64,000 nucleotides of DNA. Source: the human T2T-CHM13v2.0 reference genome, Homo sapiens. The DNA is taken from NCBI RefSeq assembly GCF_009914755.1, contig NC_060946.1. One strand, written 5' to 3'. This document shows, in pieces, positions 27,368-41,300 of the stretch. A model generated the notes under the pieces. The model was given only the letters and a program-made list of their open reading frames with translations. It was not told where the DNA came from and ran no database searches. The position numbers were made by a program, and so were the translations under genes. Numbering within the stretch: the stretch's first letter is position 1; each line of letters starts with the position of its first letter.

Positions 27368-27800
27368 CACTCTCTCTTCCTTCCTGGAATTCTAAACCCT
27401 GCTGCTCTCCCCTTGCACACAGCTACCATCTCCATGGTAACCTCACCTCCTCCTGCTTCCCTATTGGCTTCATGGAGCAGGATACACAAAAAGGTTTTCC
27501 GTTCTCCCCACACCACCCGCCCCAAAAAGACGATGCTTTCAACAGGAACCTGAGCTAAATTTAGCTACTTGGGATTCAGAGTCCTATGACTAAGAAAACA
27601 CAGAGAAATGTCCTCCTTCCAACATTGTACCCTCCTCTCAACCCCACCCAAAAGTGGCTGCTTCACCTCCTCCTCTCTGGTCCCCAACCCAAAAGCAAGT
27701 AGTGATATCTGCTGAGCATTAAAAACAACCAAGCCACCTGCCTCACATATAAGATTGGCAGAGAGAAAATTCTCACATTCACCTCCTCCCAACAGGAGAA
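27368..27800 (-). promoter_or_regulatory. Putative internal non-CpG promoter / 5' UTR
   Basis: CCAAT box (AGCCAATAG on minus, ATTGG at 27463-27467), X-box-like ATCTCCATGGTAAC at 27428-27441, a second CCAAT near 27755, and C-rich runs in repeat-free sequence. Confidence 0.45.
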
Positions 27801-28818
27801 TTTTTAAAAAGAGAACAAAAAACTATGCAAAAAAACAGTTGGGTCATTTCAGCTGAACATCACAGTGTTCCGCTGTTTCCTTCCATCCTAAGCCAAGGAT
27901 TGGGAACTCCACGCCTCAAGGCAGAAAAGTCTTTAACCTCTTAGAAGATGGAATTCTCCTGCTATTTCCTTGATATGATTTCCTCCATCATAGGAAGAAT
28001 AAATGGGGAGGAGAATTAGGTAAAAAGACTGCACACTTCAGTGATCAAACACACTAAGCCTGGAAGCACAAATCCTGGGTCCAACTTTCCATCCAAGGGA
28101 CTGACCCACTATGTAAACTTAACAAATTCTCACATACCTCATCTAAAAAGCAGCTCCCACACAGGGATATTATAAGAATTACTGACAAAATTAATGTAAA
28201 TTAGTTTGGGTCCCTGTGTCAAAGGGACTGAATCAAGAGTAAGTTGGCATTATTATTAGTAAAATTCCTGTGGATATTAACAGATGTTAACAATCCCCAG
28301 AGGAAGAACATAAACTTTTAGAAAATTATCCTTTCATAATCATAGATATACCATAAAATATACATAACTTCTTGAACCACAGGCAGTTCCTACAAAGGTT
28401 TCTACTTCTGGTAAAAATCCAGCTCTACTCACCTCATACACCAGCCAATTTGTGACTAGTATTTTCTTTGCTTAATCCAAACTCTAATTTTGAAATTGTT
28501 ACTCCTCACTCTCCCTAAATAATGACTAAATATGGACCAGGGCTTCATTCTCTGGCTCAGATGCCCACTTTGCATTCTAGAGAAGTAATTCCTTCTCAGA
28601 GCCATATTTGATAGCTGAGCACTGAATCAACGCAGTGGCTATGTCCTATGTGACTCTGAAGGACAAAGTATCAATTGTGACCAAGTAATAAGGGCTCCAA
28701 GCAGGTCAGAGCCTTGTAGTAGGAAAGGGAGAAAAGGAATGAAAAAAATAAGGCACACACAGGAAAATTGTATTTTCAGTTTGCAAAGCAGAGACTCAAC
28801 TCCAGGGCACCAACTCTC

Positions 28819-28822
<4 letters not shown>

Positions 28823-28850
<28 letters not shown>
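28823..28850 (+). repeat. Orphan A28 tract
   Basis: Pure A run with no adjacent retroelement body visible. Confidence 0.9.
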
Positions 28851-29178
28851 GACAGGAAAGAAGAATAATTTAGTATAATAACAGTCATCTACCCCACAGA
28901 AAACTTAAACAATTTAGAACAATTAGAGAAGTCAAAAGAGTCAAGATGCCTCTAGTTAACACACAGGCATCTAGAAAAAGCTTTATAACTGTTGTGGAAA
29001 ACAGCAAAGGATGAAGCACATGCTAACAACTGAAACCCACATTGCAGTGCGGGGTGGGGGACAATATGATTAGCCCATCTCTGAGATATTTGTTTTCTTA
29101 TTTCGCTCCTTGTTGACCTTAACAAGCCATTCCTTGTGTGAAAGCATTCCTATGGACACCATGGTTCCACTGGCTAAG

Positions 29179-29249
29179 TATTAAGTATGATAAGCACTAA
29201 TAATTAATTAGTATTAAAAGCACTAATAATTATTAAGTATAATAAGCAC
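29179..29249. repeat. 26-bp tandem repeat, about 2.7 copies
   Basis: TATTAAGTATGATAAGCACTAATAAT / TAATTAGTATTAAAAGCACTAATAAT / TATTAAGTATAATAAGCAC. Confidence 0.8.
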
Positions 29250-29403
29250 AGTCACCTTATTCTACAAGAGGGAGACTAAAGCAGTTTCTGAGAGTGCCCA
29301 TCAACTCAATTACTAAACTTGACTTATTATGAAGAAATCTATCAGCAATGGCCTAGACTAAGTGGAAAGTTGCAAAACAAAGCTCCATTTATCTACTCTT
29401 TGA

Positions 29404-29808
<405 letters not shown>

Positions 29809-30479
29809 TAGTATACATTCTTACTCCACTTTGCAAACACAGAAACAGAGTTCCAGTGATGTCAAGGTGACCATGGTTATATACTCATTATTTCATTTTT
29901 TTTAAAAAGCCAGGATTCTAACCCAGATCTGTTTGGATTCCAAAGCCTGTGCATTTTTCCACTTAGCTTCCTATTTTCAGATAGTGAGGGTTGGAAAAAA
30001 ACATCTAGAAATCATTTTACATCTGTGTTCTCTTATGCCATCGATAAAATATAGGACACTTGACATCAAGGTCAAAGTCATACTTTTTATGTATTACTAA
30101 CAGTATTAAACTCTAAGTAGGCACTCAATACTTATTAATTTATTATTCTAATCCTATTATTCTAAACTTCTGGACAAACGGCAATGATTCTACTCAGATC
30201 TTTTTAAATTAAAATTGGCTTGAGAAATTACATGCTGAAATGAAATGACAAAACTTCAGATAACATTCTGGAATTAATTTCATAATATTTGAGATGAAAA
30301 AAATTATCACTGTCATAATGCCTACACTGGCCCAGTTATAATGTCATAATACCTACACAGTCTATTTGTTGGTTTTAATCCACAAACCCTAATGCAGTCA
30401 GGATCTATACATTAGATTTATGATTTCTACATTCCACATATAGAACCAGAGCATTTCTTCAGGGATTCCACTAAAATTA

Positions 30480-30585
30480 AATCAGCTGATTAGAGGACCA
30501 TGCTAAAGAGGCCAAGGTCACGTGTCTGCTACCCATGTGAACCAGTTAGCATCATTCTCTCCTACAGCCACAACATACACCCTGT
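30480..30585 (+). mobile_element. MamSINE1-like tRNA-derived ancient SINE
   Basis: CAGCTGATTAGAG...TGCTAAAGAGGCCAAGGTCAC...CCAGTTAGC resembles the tRNA-Ile-like MamSINE1 head. Confidence 0.6.
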
Positions 30586-30724
30586 TGTAAACATATATCC
30601 TTTTTTACTCGGAAATTAAGGCAAACAATCACCTTTTCTGGAAAAAAAATGTATCTACTGATGTCAAATATTATAATCAGATTTTATTCTTTAGAAAATA
30701 GTTATTGTCTTTCAAATAATATTT

Positions 30725-31070
30725 TCAATCATCCATTCTTTCTTCCAATACTTACTGAATACTTACCACACACCAGTCGATAATCTCAAAAGGCTGGCCC
30801 CAAAGAACAAATAAATAGAGCTATGCGTGGTATTCAATATAGCCAAGGTGTATATAGGTATGGTGACAGCACACAGAAGGAAAGGCTACTTTTAGAAGAT
30901 GCCATGGAGAATGAGCAGGAGTTCATTTAAGTAAATGAGGAAGGTAAGAGCATTCCATGGAGGGAGAACAAAGATTTACAAAGGGATGGTCATAAGACAA
31001 CATAACAAACTTGAACTTTGAAGAATTTTACTAAGGCCAGGTTCAGAATTGAGAGATATGACCAGCTAAG
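30725..31070 (-). mobile_element. L2 fragment
   Basis: CCAATACTTACTGAATACTTAC...AGAGCATTCCATGGAGGGAGAAC. Confidence 0.5.
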
Positions 31071-31639
31071 AGAAGGCAAGGCAACATCTTTTAGATTTTC
31101 TACCTAACCCAAATTAGGTTTTCCTAAAATGCCTTACTTTGAGTTAGATTTCCACAGAGTAAAAGGGGGGAAAAAAATTAATATTATGGAGATTTGTTCT
31201 CCTCATAGTCTCCATGATAAGAATAATGGCCAAAATGAGGTACATCCTTCTGAAAATGAAGCTGTTAGTGGCTGAGACCCTCAATGAAGAGGTTCTTTTG
31301 TCTGCAGAGCAAAATCCAAATCTGCTGCCTTATTAGGTAGAATGAAAATGTCCTTCTTATTCTTGGAGAATTAGTTTAAAAAGTGGTCAATGAAGCTTAT
31401 TCATCAATTCTACTTTCCTGTGGCTGTTTGAAACAGCATGTTGAATATCTGACAAGCAAATTTACATTAACTTTAAAAAGCACCTTCATCCCCACATAAC
31501 ACCCCAACACATAAACACAAAAATGTATGTGCACACTCACATCCTACAAGCTCGACAGGAAAAGGATCAGTATGTGTATGAAGGGAAAGCTATCTATCAG
31601 CTGTAGCAATCACAGAACGCAAGTAGAAGAAAGTAAACT

Positions 31640-33060
31640 TTCTACCAAAGCGATTACATATACAGAAATAGGCAAAAAACCTAAGTGCATAACTCAATGA
31701 ATTTTCACAAAGTGACCATCCCCCCGCCCCCTGCCATGTAACTAACACCTAGGCCAAGAAATAGGACATTACCAGCACTACAGAAGCCCATCCTGTGCCT
31801 TTGCAAAGTCACTCCCACCAGCCCACAATGACTTTATTTAACACCATAAATTCACTCTGCCTGTTTTGAAGTTTGTATTAATGGAATTGCACATTATGCA
31901 TTCTTTTGTGTTGGCTTCTTTCACTCCACATTATATCTGTAAAACTGATCCATCTGTTGAGTGTATTCCATCTTATAAATATATCATAATTTACTGAAAA
32001 ATATTTCAGTAATGTTGAAAGGCCTCTGTGCCATTTCCAGCTTGAGGCTATTCCTAAAAATCCTTGCACATGTCTTTCAGTGCACACATGTATACATTTC
32101 GGTTGGGTATGCCTAGGAGTGGAATGACTGGTTATAGGGTACACTTACGTTGAGCTTTGGTAGATACTACCAACTGCCAGTTTTCCAAAGTTGTACCAAT
32201 TTACATTCCTACCACCAGTACATGAGGGTTCCAGATGCTGAACGTCCTCACTAATGCTTGGTAATGTCTGCCTTTTTCATTTTAGTCATTCTGGAGGTAG
32301 TGTGATAATATCTCATCGTGGTTATTTGCTTTAGCCTGATGATTAACGATCCTGACCATTTTTTGGAACATTTGGAGATCATCTTTTGTGAAGTAACTAC
32401 TCAAATATTTTGCCCATTTTGCTACTGGGTTGTTCAAAAGATTCATTAAAAGAACTTCTTTTATATATGGGTTTGTAGTTGTTATTTAGATATTCTAGAG
32501 ACTAGCCAGATCCCTATACTACAAATACTTTCTCCTACTTTGTAGTTTGCCTTTTTACTTTCTTTTATATACATATAATTTTTCCCCCTCCAAAAGACAG
32601 GGTCTTGCTCTGTTGCCCAGGCTGGAGTGTAGTGGTGCAATCATAGCTCACTGCAGCCTTGAACTCCTAAGCTCAAGCAATCCTCCTTCCTCAGACTCTG
32701 GAGTAGTTGGAACAATAGGCACATGGCATTATGCGCAGTCAACTTTAAAAAAAAAAAAAATTGTAGAGATGAGGTCTTACTATGTTGTTGCCCAGGCTGA
32801 TCTTTAACTCCTGGTCTAAAGCAATCCTCCTGCCTCAGCCTCCCTCCCAAGTAGCTAAGAATACAGGTGTGCACCACCACATCTAGCTTTACTTTCTTAA
32901 TGGCGTCTTTTAATGAACAGATAATTCCTAAGTTTGATGTAGTCAAATCATCATTTTTTCCTTTATAGTCAGCATTTATATCCAGTTCAAGTAAAGAATA
33001 TCATGAAAACATTCTTCTTTGTTTTCTTTTAGAAACTTTCATAAAGTAGCATTTAAAATG
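31640..33060 (-). mobile_element. L1ME/L1MD-like 3' fragment interrupted by an Alu
   Basis: CTCAATGAATTTTCACAAAGTGA...CCTAGGAGTGGAAT...CCAAAGTTGTACCAATTTACATTCC. Confidence 0.85.
32580..32886 (-). mobile_element. Alu (J-like)
   Basis: AGACAGGGTCTTGCTCTGTTGCCCAGGCTGGAGTGTAGTGG... Confidence 0.9.
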
Positions 33061-33068
33061 TGAATTTT

Positions 33069-33165
33069 CCTATAATCCTAGCACTTCAGGAGGCTGTGCC
33101 ACCGCACTCTAGCCTGGGCAACAGAGCGAGACCTTGTCTCAAAATAAAAAATTAAAAAAAAAAAA
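33069..33165 (+). mobile_element. Collapsed Alu (left-arm start fused to right-arm end)
   Basis: CCTATAATCCTAGCACTTCAGGAGGCT|GTGCCACCGCACTCTAGCCTGGGCAACAGAGCGAGACC. Confidence 0.85.
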
Positions 33166-34435
33166 TACCCTACCAAAAAAAAAAAAGGACAATGATGTTT
33201 TCTTCCACCTAATAGGTCAAACAACTCAATCTATGAATTAAGCAAGATTACATTAAATTAAACTCATCAAGCTTTTATCAAGTGCCTCGTATGCACCCAG
33301 GGCTGTGTTAGGTGCTACAAGAGATGAAAATGGTAAGAGATGTTTCCTAACCTAAGTGAATACTAACCTTAGCTAATAATTGCATGACACTCAAATATCA
33401 ATTGTGTTGAGTGTTTAAATAAAACTGAGAATTTTGACATTGGAGCCCAAAAATAATAAATAACCCTCCACCATCCTCAGCTATCCAAGCTGATTTCAAC
33501 AAAGAACAGGAGGACAAAGGCATTTCCTTATTAGTGCTACTGTTTCCAGTACACACATCTAAAATCCGTACCATTTACCACTTTTCTTAAGAGTACAAGA
33601 AAGAACTTAAAAATGTAAGTTATAAGTCCAGCATCTTCCAGTCCAACTACTTAAAAGAAACAGCAGAATCCAGAAATAATACAATTTTTCCCAGAATAAA
33701 AAAAATCTAGGTCATTCTAGCTAGAGAACAGTGGGGCAGGAAAGGAAAAACATGTATATGTATACACATATGCTTTCACACACCCACACAACCCGAAACT
33801 TTTTCTTAAGTGTTTTCCAATTTTCTTGTCCACAATTTCTTATCCCTTTCTTCCTGATCTTAGAGAAAAAGGTTACCAAAAAAAAAGCCAAAAGCCAAAC
33901 TTAAAAAAGAGTCCCAGTGGGTTAGAGATCAAATATATCTATGGCCTCTTTTTATGAAAGATAAATTTAGGGAAGGTCAATCCAGGATGAAAAGTTGAAA
34001 GGGTTAGTTAAGGGAAGGGATAGTCATTCAACCAATTTAGATGAGCAACAAGTTTTTAAAGTAAACAGAGTCATCGAGTTTGCTTTATTCTCCTATTCTA
34101 TCATAAGCCTCAAAATAGAATTATGCGCCTCTCTTAAACACACAGAACGGGAGGGAAAAGAAGCAGTCTGATAATTTTACAGGTCAAGGTAAACCAGATG
34201 CTTCACAGACTGGGCTTCCAGGTCTTAAGCACATTTTCTGAAATAAAGCAAGACTCTGTCAGTAGAGCTTAAGAGAAGATCTTGAGCTAAGGTAGTAAAC
34301 AAGAAGAAAAGAAGCTTATGGAATTAAAACTCTTTTATCAGGAAAATGTTCAAAGTCACTCCTCTGATGCAAAACAACAGACAAAGGTTTGACCTGAGGA
34401 TTAAATTCTTCAACAGGAACCATAATTTCCCATGG

Positions 34436-34600
34436 CATTCATTCATTCAACAAACTTTCATAAAATGTACACCTACTATGGTCCCATAGTGCTAGGCACC
34501 ATGAATACAGGTGTGGAAAACAGACATAGTCCTTCCTCTCATGAAGCTCAGTCGAATTGGAGAAAAAGACATTATAACAAGTAAATAAATAAAGACATTG
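34436..34600 (-). mobile_element. L2 3' end
   Basis: ATTCATTCATTCAACAAAC...GTGCTAGGCAC...CTCTCATGAAGCTCA. Confidence 0.7.
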
Positions 34601-35054
34601 TAGGGAGTCTTCACAGTGATCCCAACTGAAGATATCTTGTTGCTTCACCCCATCAATTCCTACGATTTTCCTCCAAGGTCTACTACTGTCTCCACCGGCA
34701 ATCTATCCCTACATTCTGAACACTGTCTCTGCTCAAGCAAATCAACAAGATTTCAAGGTACGGCCTGAATTCAGTACTGCAAATGGGTGCCTCTTGCACA
34801 CAGCACTTAAGAGTACTTGACAAGTGCACATCCCAAAGACAGCAGAGAGCAGTAAAGTGAAGTGGGGTCTCAAGAGCCCCTCATACACTCTCCTTGCACA
34901 CTGCCCTAGAAGATAAAAAGAGGTACCTGCCTGCCTCTAGATCAGAACTTCTGCCTTTCTGCCATTTCAAAAGTAGCTTTTGTACAACTGCATAAGAATC
35001 TACAATTACCCCCAATAAAAATTTCCATTAATTAAAAAAAAAAGCAGCTTTTAT

Positions 35055-35504
<450 letters not shown>

Positions 35505-36130
35505 TTAAAAATCTTTTTAACTACCACATTACCCTTAGAAAGGAGTTTCTTTCTGAGAAGGGTTTGGAATTTATATATAACTCAGAATGTGGAAGAATAT
35601 GTATCACCTTTAGGCCCAGAACACAATGGGTTGAGGCTGTCTCTGAAACAAAGCTAGCTGTGTGACACTGTGCATGTGCAGTTTTCTCACCCGCAAATGG
35701 ACTTGAGGCCATTTATCCTAGAGTTCTGATAAATTGTAGGAGATAACATGAGTCTGGTACCTGGCAAATAAGAGCCACTCGAAAAACAAACAACATCTTA
35801 GCTACCTTCTCTTCTTTACACCTAGTCAAATGGGGGATTTTAAAAAATCACAGTGAGAAAGATCCTACTGGTGAATTGAGAACATAATTCTCCGTCGGTT
35901 GCAATGCTATATTGCTAAGACTCACTCAAGAAGGGTGACCATGTAACTTGTCTTATGCTATCCCAATTCCAAATACCCTGACACATTATTCCTATAGCAT
36001 CAAAAATATCCCAAAAAAATCAAATATTTCAGCATCCAAACTCTATCTCCCAGACATCCTCGCTACCTAGAAACAGCACTAAAATTTTTCATCAGAGGAT
36101 ATATTGTACATTTAGCTCAAGAAAAAATGT

Positions 36131-36499
<369 letters not shown>

Positions 36500-37676
36500 T
36501 CAAAACAAAGCAATGCTGCTAAGGCCTTTATGCCAACACAGTATATTTTTACATAGTCTATCCTAATAAGCTCACATTTACGCAACAACATCAGTACAAC
36601 AGCTGAGTGGATTAGAATAAAATTGCAAAGACCTAAATGGACCCCTGGGATGGCAGAGTTTCTGTAATCATCAGCTAGACCCAAAAAACTAACAGTCAAT
36701 ACCAGGCATACCCTCAGTCTAACCAGGCAACCAAAATAGAAGCAAAATAGAAAATCAAGTATATATATAAAATATATCCCTGGTGGAATCAGGAGGGCAC
36801 AAAAGAACAATTCATAGTGCCTGCAGCTGAGTGTCACCAAAAAAATCCTCTTTTAAGCTGTGCAGAGTGCCTGATATACTGCAGTAGGTGGGAAAACGGC
36901 CAAATTCAAGCCCACGTCAGAGCACACCAGGTATGCTCCCCTGGCAACAATACTACATGGGATGTGGGTGCAAAACACCTTCCTACTTCCTTTAAGTTTA
37001 AAGTCACTGTCACACTCACCCTTTGGCACACAGCTACACAGGGCCAGTGATACTCAGTTTACAATGTAAATAAACCATCCCCATGCAATGTTATATTTTG
37101 AACCATTCAGACAAGTGTGCAGGATTCAAAAAAATGAAAAATAAAGAGTGGCTTGTTTTTCCAAGTCTCATTCACATTCTCATGTTCCCAATCCCCATTT
37201 CTAGCAAATGCCTCCCAGGTCCAGAAAAAAATTCCTTTCCTAAATATTCACCATCTGCGTTTAATTTGGCCATTCCTTCCTCCCTCTCTTCTCTGCTCCC
37301 AACCCACAAGAAACATATACATATGTTTATGTTTATATATACATATCTCCCCTCCTTTTAACATTCCCTGAAAACAAATATAGAAAAGATTAGAAAGGAA
37401 AAGAGACTAGGAGAGGGAGGTAAACAGGGCAGGCAAAGGGAGCAGTTCACAGAATGAGGCACAAAGACAACATGAGACGGTTGCTCTTGAGCTCCAGCAG
37501 TAAGGGCTGTTTCTGATTAGGTGCATACAATTGCAGAGCTGCACAGGAAGTGCTGAGGGGGCCTTCTTGGTCAGCCCCATCCCAAACACACTGAAAACCT
37601 TTGTACTGTAGCAGGCCCATCTGGAATCAGTTAGGACCAAGCTCCTAGCAGCCTTTCCTTTTTTCTTTTTCTCCCT

Positions 37677-37703
37677 AAAAAAAAAAAAAAAAAAAAAAAA
37701 AAA
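37677..37703 (+). repeat. Orphan A27 tract
   Basis: Pure A run in unique sequence. Confidence 0.9.
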
Positions 37704-37749
37704 CACTCTCTAAAACCACTTAGCTCAGTTTTCCTGCCTGCAACCTTCT

Positions 37750-37793
37750 CATCCCTTCCTTCCAGATCATCCCTTCCTTCCAAATCACCCTTC
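37750..37793. repeat. 18-bp tandem duplication
   Basis: CATCCCTTCCTTCCAGAT / CATCCCTTCCTTCCAAAT / CACCCTTC. Confidence 0.85.
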
Positions 37794-40167
37794 GGAACAT
37801 ATTTCTCCCACTGCCCTTCTGGGGTCACCACTAACAAGATGAGTCATATAAGAACATAAAGCATTCAGAGAGCTAGCATCCTCCCTAGAGCCCAGAAACC
37901 CCCCAAACAGTATAGTCTTCATGCAACTAAAATCCCTTTTTAGATCATTTTGGGGTTTTTTAAATGCTATTTTTAGAAATTTGAAGTGGCCTGCTTTTTT
38001 TAAGCATTTAAATGAAGCACCTCCTTTAGGGAACTGTTTTCATGTGTTCTATCTTCTAAATCATGCAAAAAGTAGGAAAAAAAGAAACTCTGGCATAGTT
38101 CTCCTAGCATTCAAAAGGAAAAATATGTTTCCATTCACAATCCTAAGTCAAACCGCTTATATTCGTTTCTGTAAAATTGATTTTTACTAATGCTTCCTCA
38201 AAAAAAAAAAAAATGGGACTTACCCGGTACTGTGGTAAATGTCTAGCACTAAGGAGACCTGGACAATAGTCTTGATGGCCACTAAGTAGCCATATGGCTT
38301 GGAATAAATTATTTATCCTTCCTAGGTCTCTATTTTTTCACCAGTAATATGGGGCAAGGCAGATTCTTTCCAGCACCACAACTTCCTCAAATCCCACACA
38401 CCTAATAAAACATAAGAGTACACACAAAACTGGCCTCCGGTTTCACCTAGGAATCATCACTTTAAAGAAATGTTATTACCTACCAAAGACTGTACAGAAA
38501 GGAGTTGTGTGGGGGTGGAGAGAATGGACAGAGGCTCTCAGTTGGCACCCTCTTCTATGAGCCATATTCCCTGTCCTCCTAGTGCTTAGAGACATCACAA
38601 CCAAGACAGGCCATTAAAATGTCTAAGGAAAGTACAAGCCTAGCCATCTGGGCCCAGCAAACTCACCAAAGAAGTACAGCACCAAGACCTGCAGAATTAA
38701 ATTCACTACTAAGCTACTGAAATGTAACTTGTCCTTTGTGCTCAGTTTTAAAGCATCTTATTTTAATTGATCTCAATAAATATTTACCAAATCGATCAAG
38801 AAGGCCAGAGTCAAATACAAAAAAAGAACAGAAACTGCCCTATCCTCAAGAAGTTTATAATCTACAGGCAACAGAGAGAGATGTTCAAAGACAATGTTAG
38901 TCCAATACTTGATAATGATGAGGTAATTATAAAGTACTGTGAGAGTCCTCTAACTGATGCTTCCTCCATGAGCCTTCTTTGACAGTCTACACCTTTTTAG
39001 AGCTCTTTCTCTTATTTTCTTCCGTTAAACTGTTCTAATAAATCTGAAGATTATATTTCACAATGAAATTTAAAGGCTGGCGCTATAAACTGTCTAAACT
39101 TACAGGAGTCAGTAACTGTTTAACAATTAGTTTATATCCATAGAGGGGGGACAGACCAACATAAACCATCTCCCAAGCCACACTGGTGACAACCAGAGCA
39201 GGAACACTGAAAACTCCCTCAATAGGAGCGCCACCTTTATACCTATGGCAATTAGGAACCAATTCTTGACCTCAGGCTGGTTTCTGGGATTAAGAACCAG
39301 TCCAGCAAGTAAAAGGTTTGAGATTAGATTAGAACTGTCTGTTGTCAGCCCCTCAGACACAACCAGAATGGCAGGAATTGCTGTGAACCACATACAAAGT
39401 TTTTGCCAGGAAGTACACACAGTATCTGCTCTTATCTGGAGCCAATGTGATCAATGTTTTCCTCTCAACTAAAAATGGTCTAGTTCTTAAAGGGCCTGTT
39501 TTACCATTTCACATCCAGAAGAAGAGAAAATTACTCCTATATGGGCTGAGGCCTTAATCTCATATATTAAGTAACCTGAAGGATGAGTGGGTTCCTTTTC
39601 CTTGGCCACGGCATAGGGGACCGACCACCTTGTGGGCAGGCTCCCTAAAAATGTATTCTCTTAGTGTGTTAAACTTCCCCTCTCTACGCTGGCAAGACTT
39701 CAAACACATTCGGAGAGAAATTAAGACTACATGAGGTGGGGTTCCCGAAACAGCAGGGTCACATTTCCTCCTGGAACGTGGAAAGCTGAACTGTAGGAGG
39801 TGCCTATAAGAGATCTGGCCCACTCCTGAAACATTAATACACTTCAAATTAGGCACAGAGAACTTGGCAGCTCGGCTGACTCCCAAACCAGCTCTAAACA
39901 AAACTGGACTGGTCAGGATTCTTCGTGGCAAACAGCAGTAGAAGGAGCCAATCAAAACTCTTGGCCCTGCCAAAGAATTGCCGCCTTTTCCTTAAAGGGA
40001 AAACACTTCAAGGGGAGTGTGTCTGTATTTCTAAGGAGAGAAAAGGAGTTTTTAGATTTTCTGAACTCCTACATCCAGTTGCTTTATTTCTGTAAATTCT
40101 TTTTCCTACATTCGTTCTCGTCTATTAACACCAGAATTGCCACTGGGTGTAATTAAAAAACAGGCTA

Positions 40168-40480
40168 GGCCAGGCACAGTGGCTCACGCCTGTTATCCCA
40201 GCACTTTGTTTGGGAGGCCGAGGCGGGCAGATCACGAGGTCAGGAGTTGAATACCAGCCTGACCAATGTGGTGAAATCCTGTCTCTACTAAAAATACAAA
40301 AATTAGCCAGGTGTGGTGGCACACATCTGTAATCCCAGCTACTCAGGAGGCTGAGGCGGGAGAATCACTTGAACCCAGGAGGCAGAGGTTGTGGTGAGCC
40401 GAGATCGCACCACTGCACTCCAACCTGGGTGACAGAGCGAGACTCCGTATCAAAAACAAAAACAACAACAACAACAAAAA
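40168..40480 (+). mobile_element. Alu (Sg/Sx-like)
   Basis: Full dimer with (CAA)n tail; TSD AAAAACAGGCTA. Confidence 0.95.
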
Positions 40481-40756
40481 CAGGCTAGAGCTCTACAGAA
40501 AGACGCCACAATCCTAACACTACTTTCAACCAAAGGAGGCAGGGCATCCCCCCTCATCTTATTGCCCTCATCTTACTGCTACCACTTAAGGGCAAAGTCC
40601 TCCCAAAGATTCCTCCCCTGCAGCCTCATCTTTTCCCTACTGCCTCTTCCCTTTTCTCTGACCTTCTCTCCCCAGCCATTCAAAACTCAGCAGAAATACT
40701 AAAGTAAATTTCATCCTGATCAGTCTCTCGAAAGCACAGAGGCAACGTAGTAGACG

Positions 40757-41052
40757 GGGCTTCTCAAACTGTGAGGAGCAACCTTTTCTGTTAACTTTCC
40801 AATCCATCAGGGAATCATACTTTTGTAAAGTGTAGTAAAATGAATTATTAGAAAAACGAAATTTTAAAAAACAAGAAATATAAAATACAAGCCCCAGTTT
40901 TTTATTGTTAGACTTAACACTCATAAAAGTATTCTGTCAAATTGCTATAGAAGTTCTAAGTGCATACAATCAATTTCTGCACCTATCTTGTATGAATTGG
41001 TAATAAACAGCAAACTAGTATCAGTCTACAAATGACACTTTAATTAGCACTG
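40757..41052. mobile_element. hAT-Charlie MITE (Charlie18a-like)
   Basis: Ends GGGCTTCTCAAAC...TAGCACTG; internal AAAATACAAGCCCC and CTGTCAAATTGCTATA. Confidence 0.6.
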
Positions 41053-41089
41053 GTAAAAGGAAAGGAGAAAAAGCTTTGTTCACCACACA

Positions 41090-41300
41090 ATCCTAGGGAT
41101 TAACACAGCTCACTTACTAGTCATATGACCTTAAGCATATCATTTAATTTTTCTGAATCCTAATTTCTGCATTGATAAAATAGGAACATAATGTCACCAA
41201 AAATATTCTGCAAAGTTAAGGAAAGATTAAGAAAATGTAATGCCAAGAAGCCTAACACAGTGCCTGATTTAGATTAGGAATCCAATGAAATAACTATTAC
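41090..41300 (+). mobile_element. MIR
   Basis: CACTTACTAG..ATATGACCTTAAGCA...CCTAACACAGTGCCTG. Confidence 0.65.

Noticed and set aside
28823-28850. A28 tract as the tail of a processed pseudogene
   Set aside because: No mRNA-like body, polyadenylation signal or TSD visible upstream.
30480-30550. Possible tRNA gene
   Set aside because: T-arm/B-box degenerate and no intact cloverleaf; better explained as a SINE relic.
39560-39973. 137-aa minus-strand ORF
   Set aside because: Non-ATG start, no recognisable domain and no supporting splice structure.
39961-39973. TTGGCCCTGCCAA as an NFI palindrome
   Set aside because: Spacer is 3 nt rather than the 5 nt of the TTGGC-N5-GCCAA consensus.
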